This document shows, piece after piece, positions 24,811 to 38,675 of a DNA stretch of 64,000 bases. How positions within the stretch are numbered: position 1 is the first letter of the stretch; each line of letters starts with the position of its first letter. The notes below the pieces were generated by a model, which worked only from the letters and a program-made list of their open reading frames with translations, was not told the DNA's origin and ran no database searches. This DNA is from Mobula hypostoma (lineage: Eukaryota): the NCBI RefSeq assembly GCF_963921235.1, contig NC_086097.1, positions 116,128,001 to 116,192,000 of the forward strand, read 5' to 3'. Position numbers and translations under genes: made by a program.

Positions 24811-25084
24811 GTTAATTTTGTATAATCAGCTGTGGATAATTTTTCAAAAAGTTGTAAGGATACAGAGCTGAAACTACCTCAGTAGCAGTTCAAAGTTTTA
24901 AATAGATAGAAGGATTGAAGAAGCTAAACTCTCCAAGGTTTGATCAATTTTCTTGGGTTCAGCTGATTTACAGAGAAACTGGTACTTCCAACAAGGAAAG
25001 TTTGATATTTACCATTATAACAGAAGTGGTAAATTCACTGCTTACATGATGAGAAATGACCGTAAGCGTAGGGAAGAACTTGAG

Positions 25085-25490
25085 GTATTCCCATGATCTT
25101 GTCTTTGTCCTTTTAGGTGACAGTGATTAGGGATTCTGGTACTGGTTGAGAAACCATGGCGCCTTGCTGCAGTGTATTTTGTAGATGATATACCGTAGAG
25201 CAACGTTGTACTGCCGGTGGAGAGATTGATGTTTAAGATGGTTTCAAGTGGTTGACAGGGTGTTAATCAAGTGAGTTGTTTTATGTTTCTTCAGTGCTAT
25301 TGGAGCTAAAGTCGACAATGCAGATAGATGGCATTCCATCGCATACCTGACTTATGCCTTATGGAATAACTTTGAGAAGTTAACGCATCAATCAGGAGAT
25401 GGATTCCTACTCTCTGATCTGCTTTTGTAGCCATCGTATTTCTTCAATTTGTTTGGCTAAAGTTCCAGTCAATGGTGACCCCATTCATGA
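25085..25490 (-). mobile_element. Old LINE fragment, family uncertain
   Basis: Degenerate sequence resembling LINE remnants common in chondrichthyan genomes (from memory); no ORF. Confidence 0.4.
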
Positions 25491-25491
25491 T

Positions 25492-28099
25492 CAAAATGGG
25501 GCAGAAAACGCTGGTGGGAGTTGTGTACAGGCCACCTAACAGTGTAGTGAGGTCGGAGATGGTATTAAACAGGAAATTAGAAATGTGTGCAATAAAGGAA
25601 CAGCAGTTATAATGGGTGACTTCAATCTACATGTAGATTGGGTGAACCAAATTGGTAAAGGTGCTGAGGAAGAGGATTTCTTGGAATGTATGCGGGATGG
25701 TTTTTTGTACCAACATGTCGAGGAACCAACTAGAGAGAAGGCTATTCTAGACTGGGTTTTGAGCAATGAGGAAGGGTTAATTCGCAATCTTGTCGTGAGA
25801 GGCCCCTTGGGTAAGAGTGACCATAATATGGTGGAATTCTTCATTAAGATGGAGAGTGACATAATTAATTCAGAAACAAAGGTTCTGAACTTAAAGAGGG
25901 GTAACTTTGAAGGTATGAGACATGAATTAGCTAAGCTAGACTAGCAAATGACACTTAAAGGATTGACGGTGGATATGCAATGGCAAGCATCTAAGGATTG
26001 CATGGATGAACTACAACAATTGTTCATCCCAGTTCGGCAAAAGAATAAATCAAGGAAGGTAGTGCACCCGTGGCTGACAAGAGAAATTAGGGATAGTATC
26101 AATTCCAAAGAAGAAGCATACAAGTTAGCCAGAAAAAGTGGCTCACCTGAGGACTGGGAGAAATTCAGAGTTCAGCGGAGGGCAAAGGGCTTAATAGGAA
26201 GGGGAAAAAAGATTATGAGAGAAAACTGGCAGGGAACATAAAAACTGACTGTAAAAGCTTTTATAGATATGTAAAAAGGAAAAGACTGGTAAAGACAAAT
26301 GTAGGTCCCCTACAGACAGAAACAGGTGAATTGATTATGGGGAGCAAGGACATGGCAGACCAATTGAATAATTACTTTGGTTCTGTCTTCACTAAGGAGG
26401 ACATAAATAATCTTCCAGAAATAGTAGGGGACAGAGGGTCCAGTGAGATGGAGGAACTGAGCGAAATACATGTTAGTAGGGAAGTGATGTTGGGTAAATT
26501 GAAGGGATTAAAGGCAGATAAATCCCTAGGGCCAGATGGTCTGCATCCCAGAATGCTTAAGGAAGTAGCCCAAGAAATGGTGGATGCATTAGTGATCATT
26601 TTTCAAAACTCGTTAGATTCTGGACTAGTTCCTGAGGATTGGAGGGTGGCTAATGTAACCCCACTTTTTAAAAAAGGAGGGAGAGAGAAACCGGGGAATT
26701 ATAGTCCGGTCAGCCTAACGTCGGTGGTGGGGAAACTGCTGGACTCAGTTATCAAAGATGTGATAACAGCACATTTGGATAGTGGTGAAATCATCGGACA
26801 AAGTCAGCATGGATTTGTGAAAGGAAAATCATGTCTGACAAATCTCACAGAATTTTTTGAGGATGTAACTAGTAGAGTGGATAGGGGAGAACCAGTGGAT
26901 GTAGTATATTTGGATTTTCAAAAAGCTTTTGACAAGGTCCCACACAGGAGATTGTGCAACTTAAAGCACACGGTATTGGGGGTAAGGTATTGATGTGGAT
27001 AGAGAATTGGTTAGCAGACAGGAAGCAAAGAGTGGGAATAAACGGGACCTTTTCAGAATGGCAGGCAGTGACTAGTGGGGTACCGCAAGGCTCAGTGCTG
27101 GGACCCCAGTTGTTTACAATATATATTAATGACTTGGATGAGGGAATTAAATGCAGCATCTCCAAGTTTGCGGATGACACGAAGCTGGGCGGCAGTGTTA
27201 GCTGTGAGGAGGATGCTAAGAGGATGCAAGGTGACTTGGATAGTTTGGATGAGTGGGCAAATTCATGGCAGATGCAATTTAATGTGGATAAATGTGAAGT
27301 TATGCACTTTGGTGGCAAAAATAGGAAAACTGATTATTATCTGAATAGTGGCCGATTAGGAAAAGGGGAGGTGCAACGAGACCTGGGTGTCATTATGCAC
27401 CAGTCATTGAAAGTGGGCATGCAGGTACAGCAGGCGGTTAAAAAGGCGAATGGTATGTTGGCATTTATAGCGAGAGGATTCGAGTACAGGAGCAGGGAGG
27501 TACTACTGCAGTTGTACAAGGCCTTGGTGAGACCACACCTGGAGTATTGTGTGCAGTTTTGGTCCCCTTATCTGAGGAACGACATCCTTGCCATAGAGGG
27601 AGTACAAAGAAGATTCACCAGATTGATTCCTGGGATGGCAGGACTTTCATATGAAGAAAGACTGGATGAACTGGGCTTGTACTCGTTGGAATTTAGAAGA
27701 TTGAGGGGGGATCTGATTGAAACGTATGAAATCCTAAAGGGATTGGACAGGCTAGATGCAGGAAGATTGTTCCCGATGTTGGGGAAGTCCAGAACGAGGG
27801 GTCACAGTCTGAGGATAAAGGGGTAAGCCTTTTAGGACCGAGATTAGGAAAAACTTCTTCACACAGAGAGTGCTGAATCTGTGGAATTCTCTGCCACTGG
27901 AAACAGTTGAGGCCAGTTCATTGGCTATGTTTAAGAGGGAGTTAGGTATGGCCCTTGTGGCTACGGGGGTCAGGGGGTATGGAGGGAAGGCTGGGGCGGG
28001 GTTCTGAGTTGGATGATCAGCCATGATCATAATAAATGGCGGTGCAGGCTCGAAGGTCCGAATGGCCTACTCCTGCACCTATTTTCTATGTTTCTATGT
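25492..28099 (+). mobile_element. CR1 LINE, 5'-truncated, young; APE endonuclease end and RT with stops/frameshifts
   Basis: MGDFNLH, LDWVLSNE, SDHNMVEF (EN); YLDFQKAFDKVPH, GVPQGSVLGP, KFADDTK (RT); (TTCTATG)n tail. Confidence 0.95.
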
Positions 28100-28249
28100 A
28101 AGTGTAGGTACATATCTACAATTTTTTCCTCTGCTTCCTCTGCTTTCTGGTTTTTCTCTGCTTAACATACTGCTGGACATACTGCACCAAAATAAAAACA
28201 CAAAAGATAAAGAACTCAATAATCATAATAATAATAAGAAGAAAAGAAG

Positions 28250-29150
28250 TACACACCCTAAACTTAAATAAAAAGCACAACCCAGAAAAATTGAGAAATT
28301 ATCACTAAAGAAAAAAAAGTTAACCGATGGAAAAGCCTGACCCTCCATGTAAGACAGCCCCCTGTTTTGAGAAGAGTAGATGTCAACAAGGAAAGTATCA
28401 AATGCCTGGCTCGGAGTTGGAGACCTCTTCCCAGAAACAGAAGGTTTCCTTGTAGAGATACAGGGCCAGGTAGTTAACACCAAAAAAAAATCAAAAATCC
28501 ACAATAAAGAACCAGCAAATTCGAGATGATAAATGCAGAAAATGCCAAGAGAAACCAGAAACAATCCAACACATTACAGGACCTGCAGCAGTTTAACTCA
28601 ATCTGATTACTTACACTGGCACAAACAAGTGGTAGACATCAATCACCAAAATCTTGCTTTAAAATACAAACGTAAAAGAAACCATACCTTCAAGCCTGAT
28701 CCAGTTTTAGAGTCAGAATCCCACAAATTACATATATTATAACTGATCCGTTATTACAGATAGGACAATCCATAATAACCGTACAGATATAATAATATAG
28801 GATAAACAAACAAGAACAGATATAGCCATTCCAAACACACATAACTTACAGAAATCAATAAGTGAAAACACCAGAAACAGGCTAAATTAAAAGAGGAAGA
28901 TGAAAAGCATTGGAACATGAACAGGATGTACATTGTCCTGATAGTGCTATATACAACTGGTGTCATCCCAAAGTCACTACACAATAGCATTAAACAATTA
29001 GGGCTACACAACAATATTCATATAAATCTACAGAAAGCCACAATATTGAACACCACTAGAATAGTGTGAAAGTTCCAAGCTATTGAGAAATCAATGTGTA
29101 TGGCTATGCCCGTATCTCAGGTTTTACCAGCAAGAGTTGAGAAAAAAATA
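28250..29150 (+). mobile_element. R4/Dong-clade non-LTR retrotransposon 3' fragment (zinc knuckle plus restriction-like endonuclease)
   Basis: Frameshifted motifs GDLFPETEGFL, DDKCRKCQEKPETIQHITG, ITDRTIHNNR.DI, DIAIPNTHNL, TTGVIPKSLH, LQKATILNTTRIV. Confidence 0.75.
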
Positions 29151-29164
29151 TATCAGAGTCACAA

Positions 29165-29810
29165 TTAGAATCAGGTTTATTATCACCGGCATTGTCGTGA
29201 AATTTGTTAACTTAGCAGTAGCAGTTCAATGCAATACATAATCTAGCAGAGAGAGAAAAATAATAACAATAATGAATAAAATAACAACATAATAAATAAA
29301 CAAGTAATTCAATTATGTATATTGAATAGATTTTTTAAAATGTGCAAAAACAGAAATACTGTATATTAAAAAAAAATGAGGTAATGACCAAAGTTTCAAT
29401 GGCCTTTTAGGAATCAGATGGCAGAGGGGAAGGAGCTGTTCCTGAATCGCTTCAGGCTTCTGTATCTCCTACCTGATTACAACAGTGAGAAAAGGGCATG
29501 CCTTGGGTGCTGGAGGTCCTTAATAATGGATGCTGCCTTTCTGAGACACCGCTCCCTAAAGATGTCCTAGGTACTTTGTAGACTAGTACCCAAGATGGAG
29601 CTGACTAGATTTACAACCTTCTGCAGCTTCTTCCGGTCCTGTGCAGTTGCCCCTCCATACCAGACAGTGATGCAGCCTGTCAGAATGCTCTCTGCAGTAC
29701 AACTATAGAAGTTTTTGAATGTAATTGTTGACATGACAAATCTCTTCAAACCCCTAATAAAGTATAGCCGCTGTCTTGCCTTCTTTATGACGACATCGAT
29801 ATGTAGATAA
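29165..29810 (-). mobile_element. Rex1/Babar 3' fragment
   Basis: KKARQRLYFIRGLKRF..AESILTGCITVWYG..DRKKLQKVV. Confidence 0.85.
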
Positions 29811-29834
29811 ATATACTTTAAAAACTTTTTAAAA

Positions 29835-30230
29835 ATCACACTATAAATATAAATACATAAGATACCTTATATACATAGATTGCATGTCCATAAGGTGACA
29901 CTAAGGTGACTGACAGGAAATAATAAAGTAGTGGTGGAGTTCGTAGGTGACATTTTCTATTAGCTTGGGGAAAGTAATTGTTTTTGAGTCTGATGATCCT
30001 GATGTGGACGCTCCATAGCTTCCTTCTGGATGGGAGTAGGACAAACAGTCCATGACCAGGGTGTGTGGGATCCTTCATGATGTTACTGGCTCTTGTTCAG
30101 CACCTTTCTGTATATATGTCCTTGATGGTGGATAGGCCAGTGATGTGGTGGGCAGTTTTGATTACCCGTTGTAGAGCCTTCCAGTCTGATGCAGTGCAGT
30201 TTCTGTACCAACTAATGATGCAGCTTGGTA
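29835..30230 (-). mobile_element. Rex1/Babar 3' fragment (different subfamily)
   Basis: KDPTHPGHGLFVLLPSRRKLWS..RLKNNYFPQA. Confidence 0.8.
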
Positions 30231-31429
30231 CAGAAGCTGATTGTACTTAAAAGTAATTTAGTGTCATCTTAATCATTGTGCACCTTTTTCTGAAATACAC
30301 AATGGAGGTTTCTCTCTGATGGCATCGTGTTCTGTCACGTGCAAGCTTAAGTGCACCATTAAGTCAAAATATTGAAAAACAGTTTTCTTCTCTTCCTTGA
30401 GGAAGTAAATGCAACTTCAGAAGATGTTGCTTCATTGAATTGGTATTATTATTCTTTCCATTGCCACCTGAATGCTTGAGTCTACTCGTACCTCTCAAAT
30501 GCACTACAAATCTAACAAATTCACTGCTGTCCATCATCGTGGTTCTAACTAAGGAATCTCAGCTTCTATTTTCCTCACCCTCCAGCTGCATCTCCAAGCA
30601 ACAACACCCGAAACGGAACATTGTTATAGTATTTATATGAACAGAAGATAGTAAACCCTCAGTTAAATTGCACTGAGGACAGCAATGTATAAGGAACCAT
30701 GTCATTTTTACAAACATTTCTTAAATCACCCACCATAACATGGAAGTGCATTTTCCTCAATTAACAATAATGAAGGTCTCATCTGAGCCAATTGCAAATC
30801 TTAGCCAGGTTGATTGCTCTGAATATTTACCATGGCACACAAGCTTTATCTAGTTGATCATAATTAGATTTATTATGATCAAAGTATCAATTGATTTTGG
30901 AAAGCTATAGGGGCTATAGATACAAATTCAGCAACGGAGAAATTAATATTTCTCAGACATCCTTCAACTTGGGGTATTGCCTCCAAACATTTTCTTTAAT
31001 TATGAAGCATCAACAACTAAATTCCACTGCCACATCCTCCATCATAATCCATGACATATTTCTATTTATTATATTCAAAAAATAGTTAGGTATATTTAAG
31101 GTGGAGGTTGAAATTTCCACAAACCTCGGCAGCACACTGAATCTGCTCAGAATCCCACAGAATGCAAAGCTATTACTAAGTAACACTACAATGTCACTGG
31201 GAGGACCATTGTTCTGTTATTAAGTATTTTTTCTATTGAAACAAGTTCATCCCATGAAGAGAGGAAGACTTTGAAGTTTACATTCATATTGATGGAAAAC
31301 AATTCACTAAGAACTACAGGACCAACATTTTAAATAGTGCCCAGTGAATCAGGGCTGAGGGAAAAGCAATTAAAAATTTATATCTTGACACAAATATACA
31401 GGTGTTGTTTAAGTGTAAAGTGGAGGTCA

Positions 31430-31580
31430 ATAAGACCATGAGACATAAGAACAGAATTAGGCCATTTGGCCCATCAAATCTGCTCTGCCATTCCATCATG
31501 GTTGATTTATTATCCCTCTCAACTCCATACTCCTACCTTCTCCCTGTAACCTTTAAAACCCTGACTATCAAGAACTTCTC
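31430..31580 (-). mobile_element. CR1 3'UTR fragment
   Basis: cagaattaggccatttggcccatcaaatctgctctgccatt. Confidence 0.7.
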
Positions 31581-32204
31581 ATCCATTTTGGTGGGGCATG
31601 CTGGAAGGAAATATTACTAGCACAGAATTTCAGTTCAAACAAAGTGACTATATATGGAAGAATATATTGGTTGTGGAAACATATGAGAATGACAATGGTA
31701 GGAACCCAGGGGGTCATGTTAAAACTGCTGTGGCAGTCACTCAATCTCAGAATATGATCCCAATGTTACAGTGGGCACAAGGTGCAAAGATGGTGAAGAC
31801 CAAAAGACGCACAAGTGTCCATATATCTTGGAGGCGGAAGGACAAGTCTATGGACCTAGACATTTAATGGATGAGAGAAAAATAAATTGACCAGACCTGA
31901 CCAGCAAAGAGATCCATAATCCTGTCCCCTTCAAAGCTCATTTGTCATGCCTGAACAAAATTGGTCAAGTGGGTCTGAGAAATGCCAAGAAGTCTACAGC
32001 TAACAGATGGTTCTGTTGTGTAAATGAAGTCACCAGGGAGAAGTATTGGTAGATTATGAAACAGCCTCTTTATTTCACAAAATGAGATATAGCAGGCATC
32101 AGAAGGGGACACTTTTGAAGGGAAAAGGTTTGCTTGGACCAGACCTACACAACATTTTATGTGCTAAAGATCAAACAAAAATTCAGGACAATTCAAATAC
32201 ATCC

Positions 32205-32320
32205 AAATCTACAATTCTTCCTTTGTACTACACAGCACAATTCCATACCTACAAGTCTTCCTTTGTACTACACACCAGAATTCCATATTTACAATGCTTT
32301 CTTTGAACTACACACCACTT
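32205..32320. repeat. ~40-bp tandem repeat, ~2.5 copies
   Basis: tcttcctttgtactacacagcacaattccatacctacaag repeated with substitutions. Confidence 0.8.
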
Positions 32321-33009
32321 TAATAACTCCCTCCTTTGCATCCATACTACAGACACCCAAATACACACAAATAATGAATTTAAATCACTGATGTCTGGTT
32401 TTCCAATTTACTTGGTTCACAGTTCTTATGAACCTACTATTCAGAGTTGCATTTTAGATTTAATCTTCAATGCATATTCAGATCTGAGGGTTGGTTACTG
32501 AAGTCAATATTCACTTTGTGTCCTAACCATAAAACCACCCTAAAAGTTGAAGCCAAGGAATAAAGGCTGCACTTTAAGCAGGCAATGGAAATCAATGAGT
32601 TGATGGTGACGATAATCAATAATTTAATTTCCAGGACGCAGAGTAATAGAGAGTTATTACTTACAGTGGACAGTACTCTGAGAGATCAGTGGAAGTGGTA
32701 GATGTTGGTTCAAATTCAAAATTTCTAGAAATTTGGATAAGTACATGGATGGGAGGAATATGGAGGGCTATGGTCCAGGTGAGAGTCTATGGGACTAGAC
32801 AGAATATCAGTTCCGCACAGACTAGATGCTATAGTTCTTTATGGAGCAGTGGAAACAGAAGTACAACTGTGCCCCAGAAGGAGTCTAACATGAAGGACAA
32901 ATATAATTGACTTTGAAAAAAATACTAAGCTAAATGCGTTTTCAGTTGCAGATTCCAATGAATGAAGAGAACAGGAAATGGAATTGATTCGTAGAAATAG
33001 ACTCAAAGG

Positions 33010-33325
33010 GTCAGTGGGTAATACAGCACAGAAACAGATCTTTCAATCCATCTAGTCTATGCGGACCTGATTTTTTGCCTGGTCCCATTCAAACTTTTCC
33101 TGGAACATGTACATTACCAGACCTCCCTGAAATGTTACAATTGACCTCATAAATACCACTTCCATTTGCAGCTCATTCCAAACCTGCACCACCCTCTGAG
33201 TGAAGTAGTTTCCCCTTAAATATTTCACCTTTCAGCCTAAACCTATGACTTTAAGTTTTCATCTCATCTAGCCTGAGGGGAGAAAGCCTCTATGCATTCA
33301 CCCTATCTATACACCTCATAGTTTT
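33010..33325 (-). mobile_element. CR1 3' fragment
   Basis: caccaccctctgagtgaagtagtttcccctt..cattcaccctatctatacacctcata; similar to 61268-61600. Confidence 0.7.
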
Positions 33326-34899
33326 TCCTGCATTTTGATGGGGATGTTTAACCAACTGCATAACCTCGTATGGGTAAATAGTTTAATTTAATACATATGT
33401 TCATTGCTTCAGGGAAAAATGGTGCTAGTATAGCTGTAGTATATCTTTAAGAACTGGTTTGCATCACTCAATATAAATTCTGATAACATTTTGCACCCAG
33501 CCATTGCAGTTTAGTTAAGAGTTTCAAACTTCAGTTGAGAAACATGCCCTATTTACTGTATAGTTCACTTAAGCAGTAACATATAGCACCAGACAGATAG
33601 CACACATAAGAATTCTATTGATCTTATTACTTTGCAACTCTATGGCATTGTAAGAAAAGTATGGGAAATTCCTATTTGATTACAGATGAAATATTGTTTT
33701 GATCAGAAGTATATTAAGACCCTTCTTAATGGAGAATAAATTATTTTCAAGAACAGTTGTGACCAAAGATGAATATTCATGAATTGTTGACATACAGCTT
33801 TCCCTACTAGTCGCATGAAGGTGTATTTTCAATGGGAATGACTGATAAGAAAAGAAGACATCTGCTTGATAGGCATACTGTTTATGCATTAGATTCTGGC
33901 CAGTAGGTTAATCTCATCAAGGACACATGTTGAACATTGATCTTGCCTGATCTTTAAAGAGGGGTGAAGGAAGAAAAGAGAGGTGTGCCCTCACAAGCAT
34001 GCACCATTTAAAAGCAAGACATTCACATTAATTAGAATCTTTGCTTGGAGGTGTGATTAGAGTGAGAGGAAATAGGGAAAGCTCAAAATTAAACTATGGA
34101 TCAGAGTTTTGGAGTAGGTGATGCAGGAGCTCAATTTTTCATCAATTCCTGAGCTCTTATTTGGCAACCTAGATTTTGTTGCTTCAGTCAGGAGTAGTGC
34201 CCTGGAGCCAAGTTTCACTCCTCTGTTATGGTGACATTGACTCTGCATAGGTGGGACTGGCGAGGTAAATTTATGCAATTTTATGCATGCCTAGAGGAAA
34301 AACTATGAAACACATGAAGACTGGCAAACCCAATGCTTTCAAACTTGCTATATATCTAACCTCCACATATCTCCTGTTTCTACATCCTCTGGATGGGAAG
34401 AAACTCCACCCTTACACATAGTGACTCCTGAAATGTAGCAACGCTCACAGCACAAGTTCTTCTGCATTCCTGTTCTCATACTGTGCTGGTGTCTAACACC
34501 AGAATTGAATATTGCAAAGCCCTGTGAAATGTTTGATAAGGTAATATCAGCCATGTATCTATCATGTTGCAGAAGCAAAGGTGCAAGAAGCACCTTCCCT
34601 CAAGCCTGTACAAAAAGGAAACCTGATAAGCAAGCATCCATTTTCTAAAATAGTCTTCAGTTAATCTCCTGGAAATGTGTCAATGCAATAATGCACAAAT
34701 GCCTAGTCAAACTCCTTGAAACATATGGCAACTCCAAAGCTCCCTATAGTAGAGCTTCAATAACTGTAGTAAGGAGATTGGTTTATTATTGTCACAGTTT
34801 GTCTCTATCTCTGGAAACAGATTATCTATTGGCAGCTTTTATACATCCACTGATACCATGGCTATCTCAGCAATACCTCTCTCACCCTGTCTTCCGTAA

Positions 34900-36015
34900 A
34901 CATGCTTTCCCTTTTCTCTGTTCCTTTGTCTCTGTCGCATTTGTTCCCTGGATGAAGCTTTTCTTTTCAGGGATGTCCAACATCTTCAAAGAATGGGGTT
35001 TCCCTACCTCCACCATTGATCTGTCCTCAACTGTAACTCCTCCATTTCCCAGACATCCATACTCACCCCATCTTCCTGCCATCTTAGCAGGAATAGAGTT
35101 CCTCTTTTATTCGCCTCCACATCCAACACATCATCCTCCTCAACTTCTGCCATCTTCAACGGGATCCTCTCACTAAACGTATCTTTACTTCTCCCCTCTC
35201 TCCTCTTTCTGCGGGGGCCTCTCCCTACATGATTTCCTTACTCATTCACCCCTCCTGGCACATATTCCTGAAAGTGAGAGAAATGCTCCATCTGCCCATT
35301 CACCTCCTCCCACACCTCCATTCAGGGCCCCAAGCAGTTCCCCCAGGTGAGACAACTTTTCACCTGCGAATCTGATGGGATCATCTATTGTATCCAATGC
35401 TCCCGATATAGCCTCCTCTACGTTGGTGAGTCCTGACATAAACTGGGGGACCTTTTTGTCAAGCACTTCTGCTCCATCTGCCAAAAGCAGCAGTTCCTAT
35501 TGGCCAACCATTTTAATTCCTATCCCCATTCCCTTTTGACATGTCAGTCTATGGTCTCCTCTTCTGCCCTGATGAGGCCACACTTAGGGTAGAGGAGTAA
35601 CACCTAAGTAGCCTCCAAACTGATGGCATGAACATCAATTTCTCCTTCCTCCAATATTTTTTTCTCTTTTTTTTCTTTTGCCCTCCCCCTTATCTCTTCT
35701 ATTCCCCACTTGGCCTATTACCTCTTCTCCTCATGCCTATCACCTACCACTGCAGTCCCTCCTTCTTCCTTTTCTCCTATAGTCCACTCTCCTCTCCTCT
35801 CAGATTACTTCCTCTCTAGCCCTTTACCTTTCTCACTCACCTAGCTTCACCTATCATCTTCTAGTTAGTCCTCTTTCCCCTCCCCTACCTTTTTATTCTG
35901 GCATCTTGCCACTTCCTTTCCAGTCCTGAAGAAGGGTCTTGGCCAGAAACCTTAACTGTTTATTCATTGCCATAGATGGTGCCTGACCTGTGGAGTTCTT
36001 CCACCATTTTATGTA
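34900..36015 (+). mobile_element. Penelope-like element 3' portion (linker, GIY-YIG remnant, terminus)
   Basis: ttcacctgcgaatctgatgggatcatctattgtatccaatgctcccgatatagcctcctctacgttggtgag = FTCESDGIIYCIQCSRYSLLYVGE. Confidence 0.8.
35921..35958 (+). ncRNA. Degenerate minimal type I hammerhead ribozyme motif
   Basis: cagtc-CTGAAGA-agggtcttggcca-GAAA-cctt-aactg; core boxes intact, stem III/cleavage region mutated. Confidence 0.6.
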
Positions 36016-37779
36016 CTTTTCTCTTTGTGAAATATTCTGAACTAAACAATTTCTTTAAATTTATCTTGGATCTTAAAGATTTTGCTGGAACTACTCAGGC
36101 CTTATGTACACTGGCTCTGAGAAGATTTAATGCACACAATGTATATAACATTTTTATAGCCCTTGGGAGCTGAGTTATAGTACTAATTAATTAGGTAACA
36201 CCATACAAGTCTGTGTACTGAACCAAAAAGCAACACTCTTCTAGGTCCTTTCCTATCTTTGGTAAGAACCCAGCACACTTCAGACTGAATTCAAAAGCAG
36301 CAATGCAGGAAATGCAATAATCAGTCTAAATAAAGCAAGCTTCTGCAAAAAACTGTGTTAGCAATGATGGTTTAAGAATAAATGTCAGTCAACATATCTC
36401 CTTTGCTCTTTGCATCAGTAGTAAGGGATCTTTCATATTCAGCTGAGAGAGAGGCTGGGGTGTTAATAAAATGTTTCATCCAAGATACATCATCTCTTCC
36501 AGTTTTGGGCAACCAAAGACAGATGCGTCTCAACCTGAGATGATAACATTGTTTGTCTTTCTATAGATATTACCCTAGTATTTTCAGCTTGTGACAGAAC
36601 AGATTGGCAATGTTAATTCTTCCCCTAACCTTGCCCCTTTGCCCGGTTAGTCACTCCTTCTCGTTCTTTCCCTGGTCTAGTTTCCCCAGTAGTACACACA
36701 CTTTTACCTCTCATTCTGCAGTTCTTGGGAGTTCACCATTTACACACCCAACAGTAAAACAATCGCTAAATTGGCTAATCAAAACAATCCCTTCAGTTAA
36801 CATGATCTACTAGTTTATAAATCATAAAAATAATAATTCTAGACGCAAACATTCTGAACAGTTTCATTTACTTTCACTCACACTGTTAAATCAGTTTGTA
36901 GACAGCAAAATGGCCCCAGAAGTCCCGAGGGACAGTTTGGGGTGTCCTAAAATAATGCCTGGGTAAGTGGGAGAAGGCACACTCCTCCATACTCAGGCAG
37001 AGTTAAACCCTCAGTTTGGCTTTGCTGGGATGTGTGCAGGTTGGATTTTACAGTTGGTGAGTTTACAGTTGGAATTTACAGTTGATGATGGGAAAGTTGA
37101 AGTCAAAATGTGTCACGAAGAAAGCCTCTATATATTTGTAAAGTTTGTACATGTTTCCTTTCATTTGTCTATTTGTAAATACAATATTTTTTCTTCACAA
37201 ATTTTGCGCAGCTTTGGCTCTTTTTTCCACTTGGCAGTAAATAAAACCTCTTTGCACTAACATGCTGTTGTGACTTACCATCTGTTTTTTTCCCAGCACC
37301 CGATAGCAAGGTGTGACACAGCTTTGCTTATATCAAAGTTACTATTTGGTGTGCTCTGTAGAGAGTAAAATGAAACCAGAACGGTTTACAGAAATCCTAC
37401 CTGCAAATTTCAGCAGAGAAAAGAAGAAAAAAAGATCAGAAACAACAGATAAATTAGCTTGAAGTCTGTTATGTCAAAATCCTAGAATTGCTAAATATGG
37501 ATGTGAAAGTGATCACTTAAAAGATCCCTATATGATGAGGCAGAAGCAACATTATTTATTAAGAGTAATTCATGTTTAATTAGTGAATAAAGTCTTTAGA
37601 TGTAAGTGTCTGGGTAGATAAGAGAGACCCTGTAGATTTCTAAAAGGCATTTGTTAAAACATCACACACCAGTTTGCAATATAAAATTGGTCATGGGGTT
37701 GGGGGTAATATTTAGCAAAAGGTTTGCTTAAGGTATATGAAGTGGATGGTAATTTTTTTCCAGATTACATCTGGGGTCT

Positions 37780-38117
37780 ACAGCATTTAGTGAGTGAATG
37801 AGGCCTCTGTCGGTCAAGGTTGATCATAGATATTCTATCCCAGCTGTCTAGACATGCAAACCTGGGCAGTACAATGTGGAGAGCAAGCTGAAGCCCCCTA
37901 CCCCTCCCCACACCTCTGATGAAGCCAAAGGAATGGCAGAGACAAATACAGTTTAGTACCACCAGCATTGCAGGAGTTGCCAGCATTGAACTCAATGTAG
38001 GACTGCCTTAGGGACTCCAGCTCAAAGTTTTCCCTTGGGGTTTGTCACGAAGCCTCCCCCATAGATGGGTATAGCAGCAAGGCAACGAAGGTTTGAGATC
38101 AGAGTTTTTCTTCTCCA
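37780..38117 (-). mobile_element. RTE-related short non-autonomous element
   Basis: Minus 5' ggagaagaaaaactctgatctcaaacc (RTE-UTR-like); 3' part resembles tail region of SINE 59960-60277; related fragment ~2060-2180. Confidence 0.55.
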
Positions 38118-38379
38118 CAAGATTTAGTAATGGCATCTATCCGTAATTTAAACTTTCTTATCTTCTACGTGATTATTGTATTTCAGATTCAAAGCTGGCA
38201 GGAAAAGTAAATGGTGAGGACACAACGTATTTGCAAAGAGAGACATAATTTAAGCAGGTGGGCAAAAGGACAGCAGATGGAGTTTAATGTGGAAAAATGT
38301 GAGCTTGTGCACATTTATATAAAGTGTGGACAAACAGAACATTTTACAAATGGTGAAAAAAATTGGTTTACAGAGGAAT

Positions 38380-38675
38380 CTTTCCTCAAGAAGGCAGCAT
38401 CCATTATTAAGGATCCTCGCCATCCAGGACATATCCTCTTACTATTGATGCCATCAGGGAGGAGGCACTCTCAACTTCTTCGGAACAGCTTCTTCCCCTC
38501 CACCATCAAATTTTTGAACAGACCATGAACCCATGAACACTACCTCACTTTTTGCTCTTTTTTAGCACTAATTTATCTTTATGATATATAACTTATAGTA
38601 ATATTTTATGCATTGCACTGTACTGCTCTACAAAATAATAAATTTCATGAAAATAAACCTGATTCTGATTTTGAT
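38380..38675 (+). mobile_element. Rex1/Babar 3' fragment
   Basis: LKKAASIIKDPRHPGH..PSGRR..RNSFFPSTIKFLN; aataaacctgattctgatt tail. Confidence 0.8.

Noticed and set aside
25536..28030. Numerous antisense ORFs over CR1/RTE/Rex1 copies (also 50230-52086, 54359-56202)
   Set aside because: Shadow ORFs on the opposite strand of reverse transcriptase coding sequence.
33790..33990. Strong minus-strand polypyrimidine acceptor near 33953
   Set aside because: All three frames close within ~25 codons; no coding support, though a non-coding exon cannot be excluded.
36600..37320. Possible solo LTR (aataaa and ...gtgtgacaca end)
   Set aside because: No matching 5' terminus or TSD could be identified.
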